DNA from: Azolla caroliniana
Taxonomy: Eukaryota; Plantae; Polypodiophyta
Assembly (NCBI GenBank): GCA_043228905.1
Contig: JBHGNT010000002.1
Coordinates: 19,406,001-19,470,000, forward strand
Length of the DNA stretch: 64,000 bases
Direction of reading: 5' to 3'
Part shown: piece after piece, positions 47,884-61,106 of the stretch
How positions within the stretch are numbered: position 1 is the first letter of the stretch
Layout: every line of letters begins with the position of its first letter
Made by a program: the position numbers and the translations under genes
Notes under the pieces: model-generated
Databases searched by the model: none
Told to the model about the DNA's origin: nothing
The model's input: only the letters and a program-made list of their open reading frames with translations

Positions 47884-50800
47884 TGTTGAGAATTGAACTC
47901 AACTTCCCATAGAGATAGTGTTCACACTAGCTAGTGGACATCATACTAAGCTAGTTTTGTAATTAGTAGAAAGGGCACTTGCCCTAGACTAGTTGGTATT
48001 TAAACCAATTCCTTGTAACTTAGTTACTGTTGGATGTAATCAGATTTTTCTAATATAGCTTCTTGTTCTAAGCTCTCTCTCCCTCTCTCCCTCTCTCAGT
48101 TTGCCTTACATGCACTCACACACACAGAGCTCGCCTACGTTGCACAACACCACCTACATCTCTCACTCTTTACATGGTATCAGATCGTGTGGTTTTCTGG
48201 ATCGAGATTATTCAACTGATTTGCGTTGCACACCGATGATCAACAGAACCAGTTCAAGTAACAGAGAAGAAATCGACACCATGAACACTTAGATGGGAAG
48301 TGCTCTTCCTACAGAGAAGCTCGATAGAACAAACTTCGTATCTTGGGAGTACAAGATGCATAAATACCTTGTAGGACAAGGTTACTGGAGCTATATAGAG
48401 GGAGCTCACGAAACACAACCCAACACACGTCGACTACCCAGCCTGGGAGCAGGCCACAAGCCGTGTGTTGTATTCCCTTGCATCATGCGTCCATGATCAC
48501 ATGCTTGGATATATTCGAGAGGCGAAAACGCTGAAAGAAGCTTGGGGCAATCTCAAGAAGATTTTTGCGGCCAATACAGCTGCATGAAAGCTCCAACTCC
48601 GACAGGAGTTGAATAACATGCAACAAAGGGACATGGCAATCACTAGTTATACCTTGAAGATCATGGAGTTGTGTGATGTCCGAATGGTGCAAATATGCCT
48701 CAGCGGCTTGGCACCTCAATTCGGCACGATCAGATTGGCCATTCTCGCAAGGGAGAACCCTCATTCCTTTTTCAACCTTCAATCTATACTATTGGTGGAG
48801 GAAAATCATGCCCGACAAAGGAGCAACGCACTAGATGGTCGAGTGCTCTACTCCCAGTTGGATGACAGAACAAGATTTGACCGAGGATATAGAGGTCAAT
48901 TCGACCGAGGGTGACAGGGTCAATCGACCCGAGAACGCAACTCCCACCAATGGCAAGACGATAGGAACAATCCTAGGGAGTTCGGCAAAAGGGGGAGCCA
49001 TCCCGCCGGACCGAGCCCTCACAACAACCCGATTGAATGCGGGTATTGTGGAAAACTCGACCACTATGAAGAGGAGTGCTGAAAGAAGAAGCAAGAGTTG
49101 GCTTCGACCAACCGACAACTCACAAATTACGCCACAAATTCCGATTATGACGACCATGGCAGAATGTTCATAATGAGGCACAAAGCTCATTCGATGTCGG
49201 CACAGGATCCGACTAGCACCTCATCCTCAGAAGATGTATGGTTTGTAAACTCGGGAGCATCCAATCACCTGATATCTCATGAAGATTGGTTTTGAGAGTT
49301 GAGAAAGCTCGATCGACCCGGCTATGTCGAAACCAGAGACGACACAACTCATTTGATTCAGCATATCGGAAATGTCCCACTTGGGAATGACGGCAAACAA
49401 ACGTACCTAAAGAACGTACTGCATGTCCCAACCATCACAAAAAATCTGGTCTCAGTAGGCCAACTTGTTGAACAAGGCATACAGGTACGATTCAATAATG
49501 AGGGTACTTTATTGAGAAAGAAGGCCGATTAGTCGCACATAGTCGAAGAGAAGGTTGAATGTTCATCCTCGAATCGAACGAGGTGACGTCAGCCATGTTC
49601 GCCAAAGGCCTCACAGTCGAAACCGACTTGAAACTATGGCACAATCAAATTGGCCACATCAATCTCCAAAAGCTTAAAGGAATGCAATTAAAAGAAGTCG
49701 TAATCAAACTCCTGACATTTACCGAAAAGGAGATAGTTGGTGTATGTGAAGTTTGCCAATTCGGCAAACAACACCAACAACCATTCTCGAAAGAGAGGAA
49801 TGTGAGCAAAGGGATCCTGGATGTAGTACATTCATATGTGTGAGGTCCAGCCCAGACGACAACATTCGATGGTTGACGATATTATGTCACATTCATCGAC
49901 GACTTCTCGAGGCATGTTTGGATCTATCCTATGCGGCAGAAGAGTGAAGTGTTCAGACACTTCCAAAGGTTTAAAAAAGAAGTCGAAAAAGCCACAGTCG
50001 GCATGTCCGATGCCTTGGATCGGATGGAGGCAAGGAGTATTTCATAGACGAATTTACAACGTATCTCCAAAATGAAGGAATTCGACGAGAATTCTCGTGC
50101 CGACACACACCTCAGCAAAACGGAGTAGCCGAATGAAAGAATTGGCACATAGTAGAAGTGGCAAGGGCCATGATGAATGAGAAAAACTTGCCGAAATCAT
50201 ACTGGGCAGAAACGGCTAACACAGTCGTCTACCTCATGAATAGGTGTACAACATCTAGGGTACACGATGTAACCCCTCATGAGAAGTTTTTCAACAAAAA
50301 GCCAGATCTACACATATCGAGATATTCGGCTCAATCACCTACGCGCATATTCCCGATGAGAAGCGACAAAAGCTCAACCCGAAGTCGGAGAAATGTATCC
50401 GCGTAGGATACTCACTCGAACAAAAGGGGTACAAATGTTATAATCCATCTACCCAAAAAGTTCGAGTGAGTCCAAACGTTGTTTTCGATGAATCGGCATC
50501 CTAGTACGAGCCAAAGACGGCTCCAACTCCAACTCCAGTTGACCCAGAATTGGCCAAACACGAGAAAGAAGACGAAGATTGACTGAGGCACATGTTCGAA
50601 GAAACTGCAATTACGACAAGGCTGAGTGGACCACAAGAGCCCCCGAGTGACCAAAGCACATCTCGACCGAGTACGAAGCTAGACAAAGGGAAGGCCAAAA
50701 TGTCGGAATAGGAAGATCCGATCGACAATGAGTCAACCCACTCTCTTGATAGTGAGTTCGAAGGTCTAGATATCCCAATCATTCAGACAAATGGAGTCAA

Positions 50801-52864
50801 GAAAGCCATAGCCTCAACAAATGAGAAGCTACGTCGCTCCACCGAGAGAAAAACCTGGTCAACCTATTCGGTTACGATGAGTATATGGCATATCATTATG
50901 CCTTTATGATGAAGGTGGCGATTGTTCGAGAACCGGAAACCTTTTCCGAGGCAGCCAAGGATCCACGGTGGATCGAAGCCATGAACGACGAAATGCAAGC
51001 TCTATGCAAAAACGGACATGGGATCTCGTCCCCCATTCTCCACATAAGAAAGCAATCAACTACAAGTGGATATTTAAAGTAAAATATAATGTCGATGGCT
51101 CGATAAATCGCTACAAGGAACTACTTGTAGCTAAGGGATATGCTCAAATACACATAGTTGATTACGAGGAAACCTTTGCCCCGGTGGCAAAGATGACGAC
51201 TGTTCGGACAGTCATTGTCCTCGTAGTTGCAAAAGGGTGGCGCCTCCACTAGATGGACATAAAGAACGTCTTCCTACAAAGCGAATTAGAAGAGGAGGTC
51301 TTCATGATTCAACCACCCAGTTTCGAATCGAGCAATCACCTGAAAGCAGTCTATCGACTCAAGAAGTCATTGTATGGACTCAAGCAAGCACCGCGTGCTT
51401 GGCATTCAAAGATCACCCAGTATCTTCACCAAATCTGCTTTTGAATGTCAAAATTGGACAACTCCCTATACATAAAAAATGAGTCAACCAACCCGATTGT
51501 CATCATCATGTACGTGGATGATCTTGTCATCAGAGGAAAGAATCTAGCCGGCATTAATAAGATCAAAACACTCCTATCCGGCAAATTCGAAATGAAAGAC
51601 ATGAACGAGCTCCATTACTTCCTCGGTATCGAAGTAATTTGAACACCAGTCAGGATATTGATCTCTCAATGGCATTACATTCTCAACTTACTCTACAAGT
51701 TTGGGATGACTGAGTGCAAACCTATGTCCACCCCCCTCGATCGAAATCTCAAACTCGATGCCAATTCGGGAACAGAATGTTGTGAGCCAATTCAGTATCG
51801 ACAACTTAATCTATCTAACCATCACATGACCCGACCTCAATTATTCGATCAATCTTCTTAACCAATTCATGCAGAAACCTCGAAATGTTCATCTCGATTG
51901 CGCTAAGAGAGTACTTAGGTGTGTCTGTGAGATGATGGATTTCGACATCTTGTACAAATCGGAAATGATCATTTGACTCGAAGGGTACATAGATGCAGAC
52001 TGGGCTGGTTACAAAGCCGATCAACAATCCACATCCGAATTCATCTTCTCCCTCGGAAGCGGAGCAATCTCCTAGAGTAGTAAAAGGCAGCCGACAGTCG
52101 CACTGTCGAGCACAAAGGCCGAATATAGGGGCGCGGCAGTCGTCGCATATGAGGTCGTTTTGTTGAAGCGCATATTGAAGAATCTAGGCATTCCCATCAA
52201 GGATCTTATTCTCGTATATTGCGACAACTTGAACAGTATCTACCTGGCTCAGAACCCCGTGTTCCACGCGCAGAGTAAGCATATCGAAGTGCACTATCAC
52301 TTCATCTGAGAGTGCGTTCAAGTTGGGGATGTTGATTTACAACAAATCAACATGAATCTTCAAGTGGCTGACATCTTCGCAAAAGCCCTAGGTATCGACA
52401 AGTTGCGACAGTTCGCGATGAACCTTGGCCTCTTGATCACCGACTACCTGAGCTTGAGGGGGAGTACAACAACATCGAACAATAGCCGATCAGTTGATTG
52501 ATGCCAACCAGAAGAGTCAAAGTACAATGATAATCGAGCCGCACAAGGAGTATGAAGCACCTGAACAATCAAAGCCATGTCGACTAATCTTCCGAAATCC
52601 AATTCAGCCGAATTGAAGATTTTCGAGGATCGAACCGAACCAACTTTTCGACATCTGGAAGTTTTGTTCGAAGGGGCGTGTTGAGAATAGAACTCAACTT
52701 CCCATATAGATAGTGTCACACACTAGCTAGTGGACATCATACTAGACTAGTTTTGTAATTAGTAGAAAGGGCACTTGCCCTATACTAGTTGGTATTTAAA
52801 CCAACTCCTTGTAACTTAGTTGTTGTCGAATGTAATCAAATTTTTCTAATACAGCTTCTTGTTC

Positions 52865-52905
<41 letters not shown>

Positions 52906-52992
52906 CCTCTCTCTATTTGCCTTACATGCACTCACACACACACAAAGCTCGCTTCGGTTACACAGCACCACCTACACCTCTCACTCTTTACA
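47884..52992 (+). mobile_element. Full-length but heavily decayed Ty1/Copia element
   Basis: LTRs at 47884-48174 and 52679-52992. TSD ATATA. PBS tggtatcaga at 48175. PPT gaaggggcg. Fragmented gag, PR (VNSGAS), INT, RT (YVDD) and RNase H. Confidence 0.93.
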
Positions 52993-54529
52993 ATATATGT
53001 GTATCTTAAAATAGAGCACGCAAATGATGGAAAACACAAAGAATAGTTATATTAGCAACTCATGCGCTTCTAGTGAGTGGATACACGTACAAATACTTGA
53101 AATAACACACAAGGGAGAAATCAAAGAGCAGCAATCTACCAATACTAGAGTGTTAAATGACAATTACAATGGTGGTTTTGATACAAAGAGCATATACAAA
53201 TAGCTTGAATAGATCATACAATAGAGGAAGAAACGAACAATGCATATTAACACCTAAGTGTCGAAGCAAGAGTGCAATAGTGGTTTTGATACAATGGGGG
53301 CTCTAACTCAAGCAACTTAGTGGGTGAAGTGATAGCTAACCCTATACTATATTCTTCGGCTCGTGTATTTAGAGTATTTTGTTAGACCCAATGATTAATC
53401 ATCTACGATATTCAATGCATCTCCCTCTTTGTGATGCCACATGTGAGGGTAGTTGGCACTCGTTCACAGTTGACATCCCCCCTTAAGTGCTTACTTGTAC
53501 AAACCACACCATGTGATTTCATTCAGGTTTTGCTTCATCTCTTTTATGTAGTGAACTCCATGTTAAGGAAAATGATGTAATGTTCTTTAGTTTTAACAAC
53601 CCTATTTGGCACAATATTTCCAATATAGAATATTGGTCATAGGCCAAATGTAGATAAGAAACATATGATCATGTTGTGATTTCTTGAGAACTACACTTTA
53701 TCACATAGGAATGGCTAATGGTCAATGGGATTGTAATGTGAAACGAACACTTTCGGGTCTCCAACTTGTATAAAAGGGCAACAACTCTCATATAAAAAAG
53801 CGTTAGGGTACCCCAACTTTGGGGCTACATTTTGGTATATTTATATCTCTCCCTTTTGCACATTAATAGCAACTTTCTTCCATGTAGTTTTTTCACACTA
53901 ATTAATTGAGACATACACATTGTTTTTTACTTATCAATATCAATTATCTATTTAATTAAGACCAAACATGTTTCTTAATTGGTGTAGTGATGAGATGTAA
54001 ATTTTAGATTGCCTCAAGAATCATTCAAGGCTTCCATGGTTGCATGGAGTGGAAACGTAAGCGATATGGTGTGGTCTTTGCCATTAGGGAGTGATGTCCT
54101 CCAATCCTTGGATTAACCCATAGTGATGAAGATGACCTTTTGGGACTCAATAGTGACCCTTGGAAGTGCAATAATCCAATGCACGAGTCTTGTTGGCCCC
54201 TTCAATGAAACTTGATTCACTCCCACATCATCCACCTTATGAACTTCTGCATCATTCAGTTGTCCTAGCTCGGTCTTTCTCTACCTTGCTAATATTCTGC
54301 CCACGTAAATGATGTGTTGCAAGAGCTTAATTGGATTAGGTGCCAAGGCTTTCATGAGGAGATACCCACGTTGTTCCCATGAATACAATACTCCAACTTC
54401 ACCTTCTCACCTCAAAGCAAAACGATCTCTTGTTTGAAGTGGTATTGACCTATTGCCCTCCGGACCCTCAACCTAGTTGGAGTCATAATATCGAACCAAC
54501 TTTGACACTCAACATTGATGCCATACTAG

Positions 54530-54790
54530 GTGAGCAAACTTCCAATTAATAGTATGACAACACCGTCACCTCCGTTGCTGGTCCCATTCATGAATCCTAC
54601 CATTGATCCCTCCAGCATGGATGAGCATTCTCTTGCTATGCTACTCAAGATGAATGACTACGATGGCCCCAACAGGGTTATCATTGATGGCGGCTCTGGC
54701 TTCGACATGATAAAAGAGAGCCAGAATCTGAATGCCAAGACAACATGGGCTACGCGCACATTCGGGTAACGAATCATGGACATCCCCACA
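54530..54790 (+). pseudogene. Possible retrotransposon aspartic protease remnant
   Basis: RVIIDGGSGFDMI resembles the Gypsy protease motif VLIDGGSGVNII; context is highly decayed. Confidence 0.35.
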
Positions 54791-55029
54791 TGCCCACTTC
54801 TGGAAGGGGTAGGATTGATTGAGTCTTGACCACCATCACCACCACTATGCCATGGACATGGACATTGTGAATACATATACAAAATAAAACTCACTCTCTC
54901 TCCTCTTGCCTTTAGTGAGTGACCTGAGAACAGCTAACAAATTCATCATCATCATCATCATCTGCTTCCATTGCGCACTCGATCAGAGCCAATGAGATCT
55001 CTTTGGTGCTCAACGGGCCTGCTGCCCCA

Positions 55030-58000
55030 ATGTCCGATCGAGTTCTTCAGAGCCTCTGCGCCAGAGGGGAGATTGAGAAAGCTCTGCATCTCCTCACTCA
55101 CACAACCTTCTCTCCCTCCGAATCCACATACATATCTCTTCTCAAAGCATGCAAGAAGAAGAAGACTGACAACAACCACAATTCACAGGTCAGCACTGTC
55201 CATTCCTTCGCACATCTCAAGGATGTATGTTCACATCTTTCTCTTAATCCTCGTGTCTTTGCTTTCCATGGTTTGTTGGGCGATTACCTTGTAGTCACCC
55301 TTGCTATGTGTGGTGCCGTAGATGATGCCCTCCACACATTGCTTTTTGCACTGGATTCACGGACAGTGTTCTCGTGGACAGCCATAATATCTTCATATTG
55401 CGAATATGGCCGCAGTAGCGAGGCCCTCATGTTGTATACTCATATGTGTGACGACGGTGTACACCCTAATTCTCACACATTTGTTTCTCTATTCAAAGCT
55501 TGTGAGAGATTACATGAGTTAGAATTAGGAAAGCAGCTTCATTCTTTTGCTTGCCAGAAAGGTATGGATTGCGATGCTTTTGTTGAGTTTTCCATCTTGA
55601 ACATGTATGCTGAATGTGGTGCCTTAGAAGATGCAAATATGGTCTTTGGTTCGATGCCAAACCTGACCCTGTTATCATGGAATACAATGCTTTCTGCTTT
55701 CGTAACACATGGTCAACAAGAGAAAGCGATACAGCTTTACATGCAAATGGAAGGCAATGATAGTGTAGAACCAAATCACCACACTTTTATTATCCTATTT
55801 AAAGGGTGCAGTAGGATGCCATCCCTCGAATATGGAGAGAAAATGCATGTTTATGCTCGTATGAAAGGTTTCACTTCTGATCCTGTCGTGGGTAGTGCCC
55901 TTATAAGTATGTATGGAAGCTTCAGGGAAATCGTAAAAGCCGAAGATGTGTTTGGTGCATTGACTGAGCATGATGTAGCATCATGGAATGGAATGATTTC
56001 AGCATATATCAAGGGAGGCCATGTAGAAAAAGCTCTGTGCTTGTATATGCAAATGCAAAAGGAAGGTGTAAATCCAAGTAAATGGACATTTTTACATGTA
56101 GTTCAAGCATGTGCAGGTTATGCAAAGCAAGAAGTTTCAATTGTGGGAGGGCATTCAGCCATATTGATAGCGTTTGAAATTGCACGGGCTTTACATGTTG
56201 ATGCTCTTAGAATGGGCTTTCTCTCTGATCCTTTTTTCTCTAGTGCTCTTATGAGCGTATATGGAAAATGTGGGGCAATCATGGAGTCCGAACAAGTTTT
56301 TAGCATGTTATCCGAGCCAGACATTGTGTCGTGGAATGCCATGCTCTCTGCATATGTTGAATGTGGACAAGCTCATAAAGCTTTATGTCTATTCACACAA
56401 ATACTTAAAGAAGGCAGGAACCCAGATCCACAGACATTTGTGATTGTCCTTCACGCCCTCATGCTTGCGCCAGAGGACTCTTCTTTTCCAGTGAGACAAC
56501 ATTCCATGGACTTTTGCTTAGAAATCGGGCAAGCATTACATATAGATGCTGATGTAAAAGGCTTTGCAATCGATGCGTTTGTTGGGAGTACCCTTTTGCG
56601 AATGTATGGCAGGCTAAATGCGATTGCAGAAGCTGAGAATGCATTCGCTAGATTGTCCATGCGTACACTTGTTTCATGGAATGCCATGCTCTCAGTATAT
56701 GTTGAGTGCAATCATGGAATCTATGCATTATTTCTCTATTTACAGATGCAAGAAGAACAGGTTCACCCGGATCAACTCACATTTACAATTGTCCTTAGAG
56801 CATGTAGCAGTATAATTGACAAGGAAGAAGATTTTCATGATGATGGGCTATCAACAAAAGCAATTATCGCTTTAGAAATAGGGAAAGCATTGCATTCTAA
56901 TGCAAAAAGGAATAAATTTATGTATGATGTTCATCTTATAAACACACTTCTTTGTATGTACAGTAAATGTGGTGCCATTGTGGAAGCAAGACATCTCTTT
57001 GACTTGTTATCAGACCAACGCACTGTCGTGTCATGGAATACAATGATGTTAGCATATATCAACAATGGTCAAGGAGAGAACGCATTATTGTTGTATGCAC
57101 ATATGCAAAAGGAACTTTCGAATGCAGTTCCATTAACAATGGCTTTTGCACTTCAGGCATGTGTAAAGCTTGCAGAGAAGGAAACTCATGTTATAGAGGG
57201 GCGATCAGCCAAATTGGTGGCTCTTGATATTGGGCGGGCTTTGCATGCTGAATGCCAATATCAGTGGTTATCATCTGAGATGTCTATATCAAGTACTCTG
57301 GTGAGGATGTATGGCAAGTGTGGAGCCATCGAGCAGGCAGAGGAGATGTTCATTTCTGCCAGTGTTTATTCTGACTATGGTAAGACGATGCACTCTGAAT
57401 ATGATGGCTTAGATAGTACATCAGAAAACTTTCATGAACTTGGCAAAGCAATTTTGGAAGTAGATCACTATGATGGTGCCATATGGAATGCAATGCTATC
57501 TGCATATTGTGAACAAGGTCAAGGAGAAAAGGCAGTAAAATTATATGGACGAATGCACAAAGAGCAAATTACTCTTTATCTCAATTCAATTATTTCTCTC
57601 CTCAAATCATGCAGCAGTGCAGGAAGTTTAGAGACATGCACACAACTACATTTTCACATCGTTTCTGTGGGATGTGATCAGATCTCTTCAGTAATAGCAA
57701 CTGCAATCCATGCTTATGGAAGTTGTTCTTGTATGGAAGAAGCAGAAGCATGTCTCAGCAACCTTCCCAAGCCTGATATTGTTTCATGGAATGCTTGCAT
57801 CAGTGGTTATGCCGGAGAAGGGAATTTCCTTGCAAGTGTTAGCATGTTTGAGACATTAATACTAGCAGGATTTAAACCCACTGAATCTACATTTAGTTCA
57901 GTTCTTTCTGTTTGTAGTCAAACTGGATTAGTTATCTCAGGCTTTTATTGCTTTGACTCCATGCTTAGGCTTTTTGGTATATCTCCAGAATCAAAACATT

Positions 58001-58227
58001 ATGGAAGCTTGTTAGATCTCCTTGGAAGAGCAGGAGATTTCAAAAGGATAAGGATGCTGCTAGAACAAACACATATCCAGGTTGACGTCATAACATGGCT
58101 GTCTTTGCTTGGTGCATGCCAAACCCATGGGAATTTAGCACTGGCAAAATGGGTGTATGATTATGTCATAAAACTTCATCCGGATCAAGCTAACGCATAT
58201 GTTTTGATGTCAAATATGTATATATAG
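55030..58227 (+). CDS. PLS-class pentatricopeptide repeat protein ending in an E domain, no DYW (intronless, about 1065 aa)
   Basis: Repeated MY.KCG / VSWNAML / P..TF triplets, with C-terminal HYGSLLDLLGRAG..WLSLLGACQTHGN..AYVLMSNMY. First ATG at 55030; the ORF track starts at an upstream TTG. Confidence 0.92.
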   Translation: MSDRVLQSLCARGEIEKALHLLTHTTFSPSESTYISLLKACKKKKTDNNHNSQVSTVHSFAHLKDVCSHLSLNPRVFAFHGLLGDYLVVTLAMCGAVDDALHTLLFALDSRTVFSWTAIISSYCEYGRSSEALMLYTHMCDDGVHPNSHTFVSLFKACERLHELELGKQLHSFACQKGMDCDAFVEFSILNMYAECGALEDANMVFGSMPNLTLLSWNTMLSAFVTHGQQEKAIQLYMQMEGNDSVEPNHHTFIILFKGCSRMPSLEYGEKMHVYARMKGFTSDPVVGSALISMYGSFREIVKAEDVFGALTEHDVASWNGMISAYIKGGHVEKALCLYMQMQKEGVNPSKWTFLHVVQACAGYAKQEVSIVGGHSAILIAFEIARALHVDALRMGFLSDPFFSSALMSVYGKCGAIMESEQVFSMLSEPDIVSWNAMLSAYVECGQAHKALCLFTQILKEGRNPDPQTFVIVLHALMLAPEDSSFPVRQHSMDFCLEIGQALHIDADVKGFAIDAFVGSTLLRMYGRLNAIAEAENAFARLSMRTLVSWNAMLSVYVECNHGIYALFLYLQMQEEQVHPDQLTFTIVLRACSSIIDKEEDFHDDGLSTKAIIALEIGKALHSNAKRNKFMYDVHLINTLLCMYSKCGAIVEARHLFDLLSDQRTVVSWNTMMLAYINNGQGENALLLYAHMQKELSNAVPLTMAFALQACVKLAEKETHVIEGRSAKLVALDIGRALHAECQYQWLSSEMSISSTLVRMYGKCGAIEQAEEMFISASVYSDYGKTMHSEYDGLDSTSENFHELGKAILEVDHYDGAIWNAMLSAYCEQGQGEKAVKLYGRMHKEQITLYLNSIISLLKSCSSAGSLETCTQLHFHIVSVGCDQISSVIATAIHAYGSCSCMEEAEACLSNLPKPDIVSWNACISGYAGEGNFLASVSMFETLILAGFKPTESTFSSVLSVCSQTGLVISGFYCFDSMLRLFGISPESKHYGSLLDLLGRAGDFKRIRMLLEQTHIQVDVITWLSLLGACQTHGNLALAKWVYDYVIKLHPDQANAYVLMSNMYI

Positions 58228-58439
58228 TTTGCAGGGATACTAACTCATTCATAACAGAGCAGCAGTATAACTTGTGTTTGTAAGTTTGACAATTGATGCA
58301 ATTGTTACCATCGTTTCTCTTCAATTGTATTACCTCATTTCAATTGCAGCAGGCATTGTTAAACTTCTACCACCAAGTTGGACATCTGCATCGACAATTG
58401 TCAGAGTTTCCTTTTCATATACTTTCTATACTCTGAAAT

Positions 58440-58862
58440 CTTATAGAATCTGATTGCCAAGCATCAGCACACCCATGTTCTCTTATTGTGCGTACAACTA
58501 CAAGAACTATACGCAACAAGGGTTTAGGGTTTTCTTATAGAATCTGATTGCCAAGCATCAGCACACCCATGTTCTCTTATTGTCCATACAACTAGAAGAA
58601 GTATACACAACAAATGTTTCTATATGTGAACCATTTGGTTCTTGCAGTGAAGAGCATCAATCCCAACTATCATGAAATAATTCACTAGTTGGTTCTTGAA
58701 GTGAAGAACATTCAATTCCAATTATCATGAAATAATTCACTGGTTGGTTCTTGTAGTGAAGAACATTCAATTCCAATTATCATGAAATAATTCACTGGTT
58801 GTTTCTTGCAGTGAAGAGCGTTCAATCCCAATTATCATGAAAAAATCACTGGTTGGTTCTAT
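58440..58862. repeat. Short duplication (58440/58533) and tandem repeats of about 60 bp between the convergent PPR genes
   Basis: cttatagaatctgattgccaagcatcagcacaccc occurs twice; ggttcttg.agtgaaga.c.ttcaat.ccaattatcatgaaataattcact occurs about four times. Confidence 0.8.
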
Positions 58863-59108
58863 GCATTAAGAGTACTCAATATGAAAAATTACTATAGATA
58901 TGCTATCTGTTAACATATTGTTATGCATCCAAGATACCATATCATCGTTTAATTGCTATGTACTGGTGCACTAGGTGTCTTTTAGCCAAAACAAATGCAG
59001 TGACTTCCATAAAACACCACTAAATCCAGTGACTAAACCATGGTATGCCATGAGTTTCTGTTTGTCCTAGTTGTGAAAAACATGTATGCCTCATGCAATA
59101 CAATTGCT

Positions 59109-61106
59109 TCAGAAAGGCCATTTATCCTCAGCTTGAATCTGAATCACATTTCTGAATTCCATGTGTACACCATTTAATTCTTGTTCTGCATTTTCTTGGA
59201 TCGAAGCAACCGCATAAATATTCCACATACAGACATAGGCAGCAACATGCTTTTCATCCAACACTGTTGCATGCTCAAAAGCCACTCTTCCAAGATCCAT
59301 ATTTCCCCATTTCCGACATGCACCCAGAAGAGTTGACCATGCTTCTACACATGCATTCATTGGCATCTCCTTAATTGCTGCAACTGTCTTCTCAAGATGT
59401 CCTGTGCGAGCAAAAAGATCAGCCATGCAAGTGTAGTGCTCTAAAGTTGGCATAGTGCCATAGGCTTTACTCATTTTTTCAAAATACATTTGGCCCCTAT
59501 CCACGAGACCTGAATGTGAGCATGAATTTAATACTGCAGTAAAGGTGACTACATCTGGCTGTATACCTTCTCCTATCATTTTGTCGAATAAGTCAACAAC
59601 AGTGTCATCCTTGCCCCACTGGCCATATCCTGCAATGAGTACACTCCAAGTGGCTACATTATGAGCTGAAAGTTGGTCAAATACTTCTTGTGCTTTGGTA
59701 AGCAGACCACATTTGGCATACATATCTATCAACACGGTACCAATGTCTGCACGTTTTTCCAAGTTCTCCATGACAAGTTTAGCATGTATTTCTTTACCCT
59801 TGTTAAGTGCTCCTATAGTGCTACAAGCTTTCAAGATGTAGAGAAAGGTGACTTCATCTGGACAGAGGGCCTCATTCTGCATACGACTATAACAGTCCAC
59901 CGTTTCTGCACCACCACTGTGTTGGATATATCCTGCAATCAGAGTTGTCCAAGCTATGAGGTCTTGGAATGAAATATTGTTGAATATATCTCGTGCTTTC
60001 ACAAGTTCACAACACTTGGCATACATATCAACTAATGCAGTGCCAACCAAAGAATTTCCTTCCAGCAACCCTCGTCTGTTGATCTCAACATGTATTTCTT
60101 CACCCTTCTCTCTTGCTCCTATACTGCCACAAGCTTTCAAGATTGAAAGAAATATTGCATTATTTGCTGAGAATCCATCTTGTTGCATCCGATCATATTG
60201 GTTTAGAGCTTCTTCACTGTGGTCGTGTTGAGCATACCCTGCGATTAGAACTGCCCAAGAGACTATGTCATGTACAGGAAGATCATCAAACACTTCTTGT
60301 GCTTTCATAAGATTGCCACATTTGGCATACATGTCTATCAATGCATTACCAACCAAAACATTATTTTCCAAGAACCCTTCCCTAACAATACTGGAGTGTA
60401 TTTCTCTTCCCTTGTCAACTGCTCCTGTGCTACCGCATGCTTTGAGGATACAAACAAATGTGACAGCATCTGCAGAGAGGCCGATGTTTTCCATGCATTT
60501 GAAACAATTCAGTGCTTCCTCACCGAATCCATGTTGTGCATATCCTGAAATCAGGGAAGTCCAAGTGACCACATTCTGAAGTGGGAGTTGCTCGAACACC
60601 TCCTCAGCTTCTGTAAGTGCCCCGCATTTACAGTACATATCAACCAATGCATTGCCAAGCTCGACATAATTTTCCACAAACTCCTCCTTTATCATCTCAG
60701 CGTGTATCTCTTTGCCCTTTTCAGTTGCTCTTATCGCACCACACGCTTTCAAAATACAAAGGAAGGTAACAGAATCGGGAGAGATGCTCTCATGTTGCAT
60801 CCGACTAAAACAATTCAAAGCTTTATCTCCATCGCCGTGTTGGGTATATCCTGAAACTAGTGCGTTCCAAGAGACCACGTTCCGGACTGGGAGCTGATCA
60901 AATACTTCTTGTGCTTTTGCAAGTGTCCCACATTTGGCATACATACTGATCAATGCATTGCCAAGGTGAATCCATTTCTTGAGCAAACCCTTGTGGAGAA
61001 TCTGAGTGTGTAATCTGATACCTTGAGCTAGATTCTGGTGTTTGGCACAAGTCTTGAGCAATGCCACAAGGGCATTATGCTCACTCATGAAGAGATCTCC
61101 ACCCAT
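59109..61106 (-). CDS. PLS-class PPR protein with E domain, no DYW (665 aa)
   Basis: Regular GNALIDMYAKCG..VVSWNAL..PD.VTF..ILKAC triplets, then HYTCMADLFARTG..WSTLLGACRKWGN. An extra upstream exon cannot be excluded. Confidence 0.92.
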   Translation of the reverse strand: MGGDLFMSEHNALVALLKTCAKHQNLAQGIRLHTQILHKGLLKKWIHLGNALISMYAKCGTLAKAQEVFDQLPVRNVVSWNALVSGYTQHGDGDKALNCFSRMQHESISPDSVTFLCILKACGAIRATEKGKEIHAEMIKEEFVENYVELGNALVDMYCKCGALTEAEEVFEQLPLQNVVTWTSLISGYAQHGFGEEALNCFKCMENIGLSADAVTFVCILKACGSTGAVDKGREIHSSIVREGFLENNVLVGNALIDMYAKCGNLMKAQEVFDDLPVHDIVSWAVLIAGYAQHDHSEEALNQYDRMQQDGFSANNAIFLSILKACGSIGAREKGEEIHVEINRRGLLEGNSLVGTALVDMYAKCCELVKARDIFNNISFQDLIAWTTLIAGYIQHSGGAETVDCYSRMQNEALCPDEVTFLYILKACSTIGALNKGKEIHAKLVMENLEKRADIGTVLIDMYAKCGLLTKAQEVFDQLSAHNVATWSVLIAGYGQWGKDDTVVDLFDKMIGEGIQPDVVTFTAVLNSCSHSGLVDRGQMYFEKMSKAYGTMPTLEHYTCMADLFARTGHLEKTVAAIKEMPMNACVEAWSTLLGACRKWGNMDLGRVAFEHATVLDEKHVAAYVCMWNIYAVASIQENAEQELNGVHMEFRNVIQIQAEDKWPF

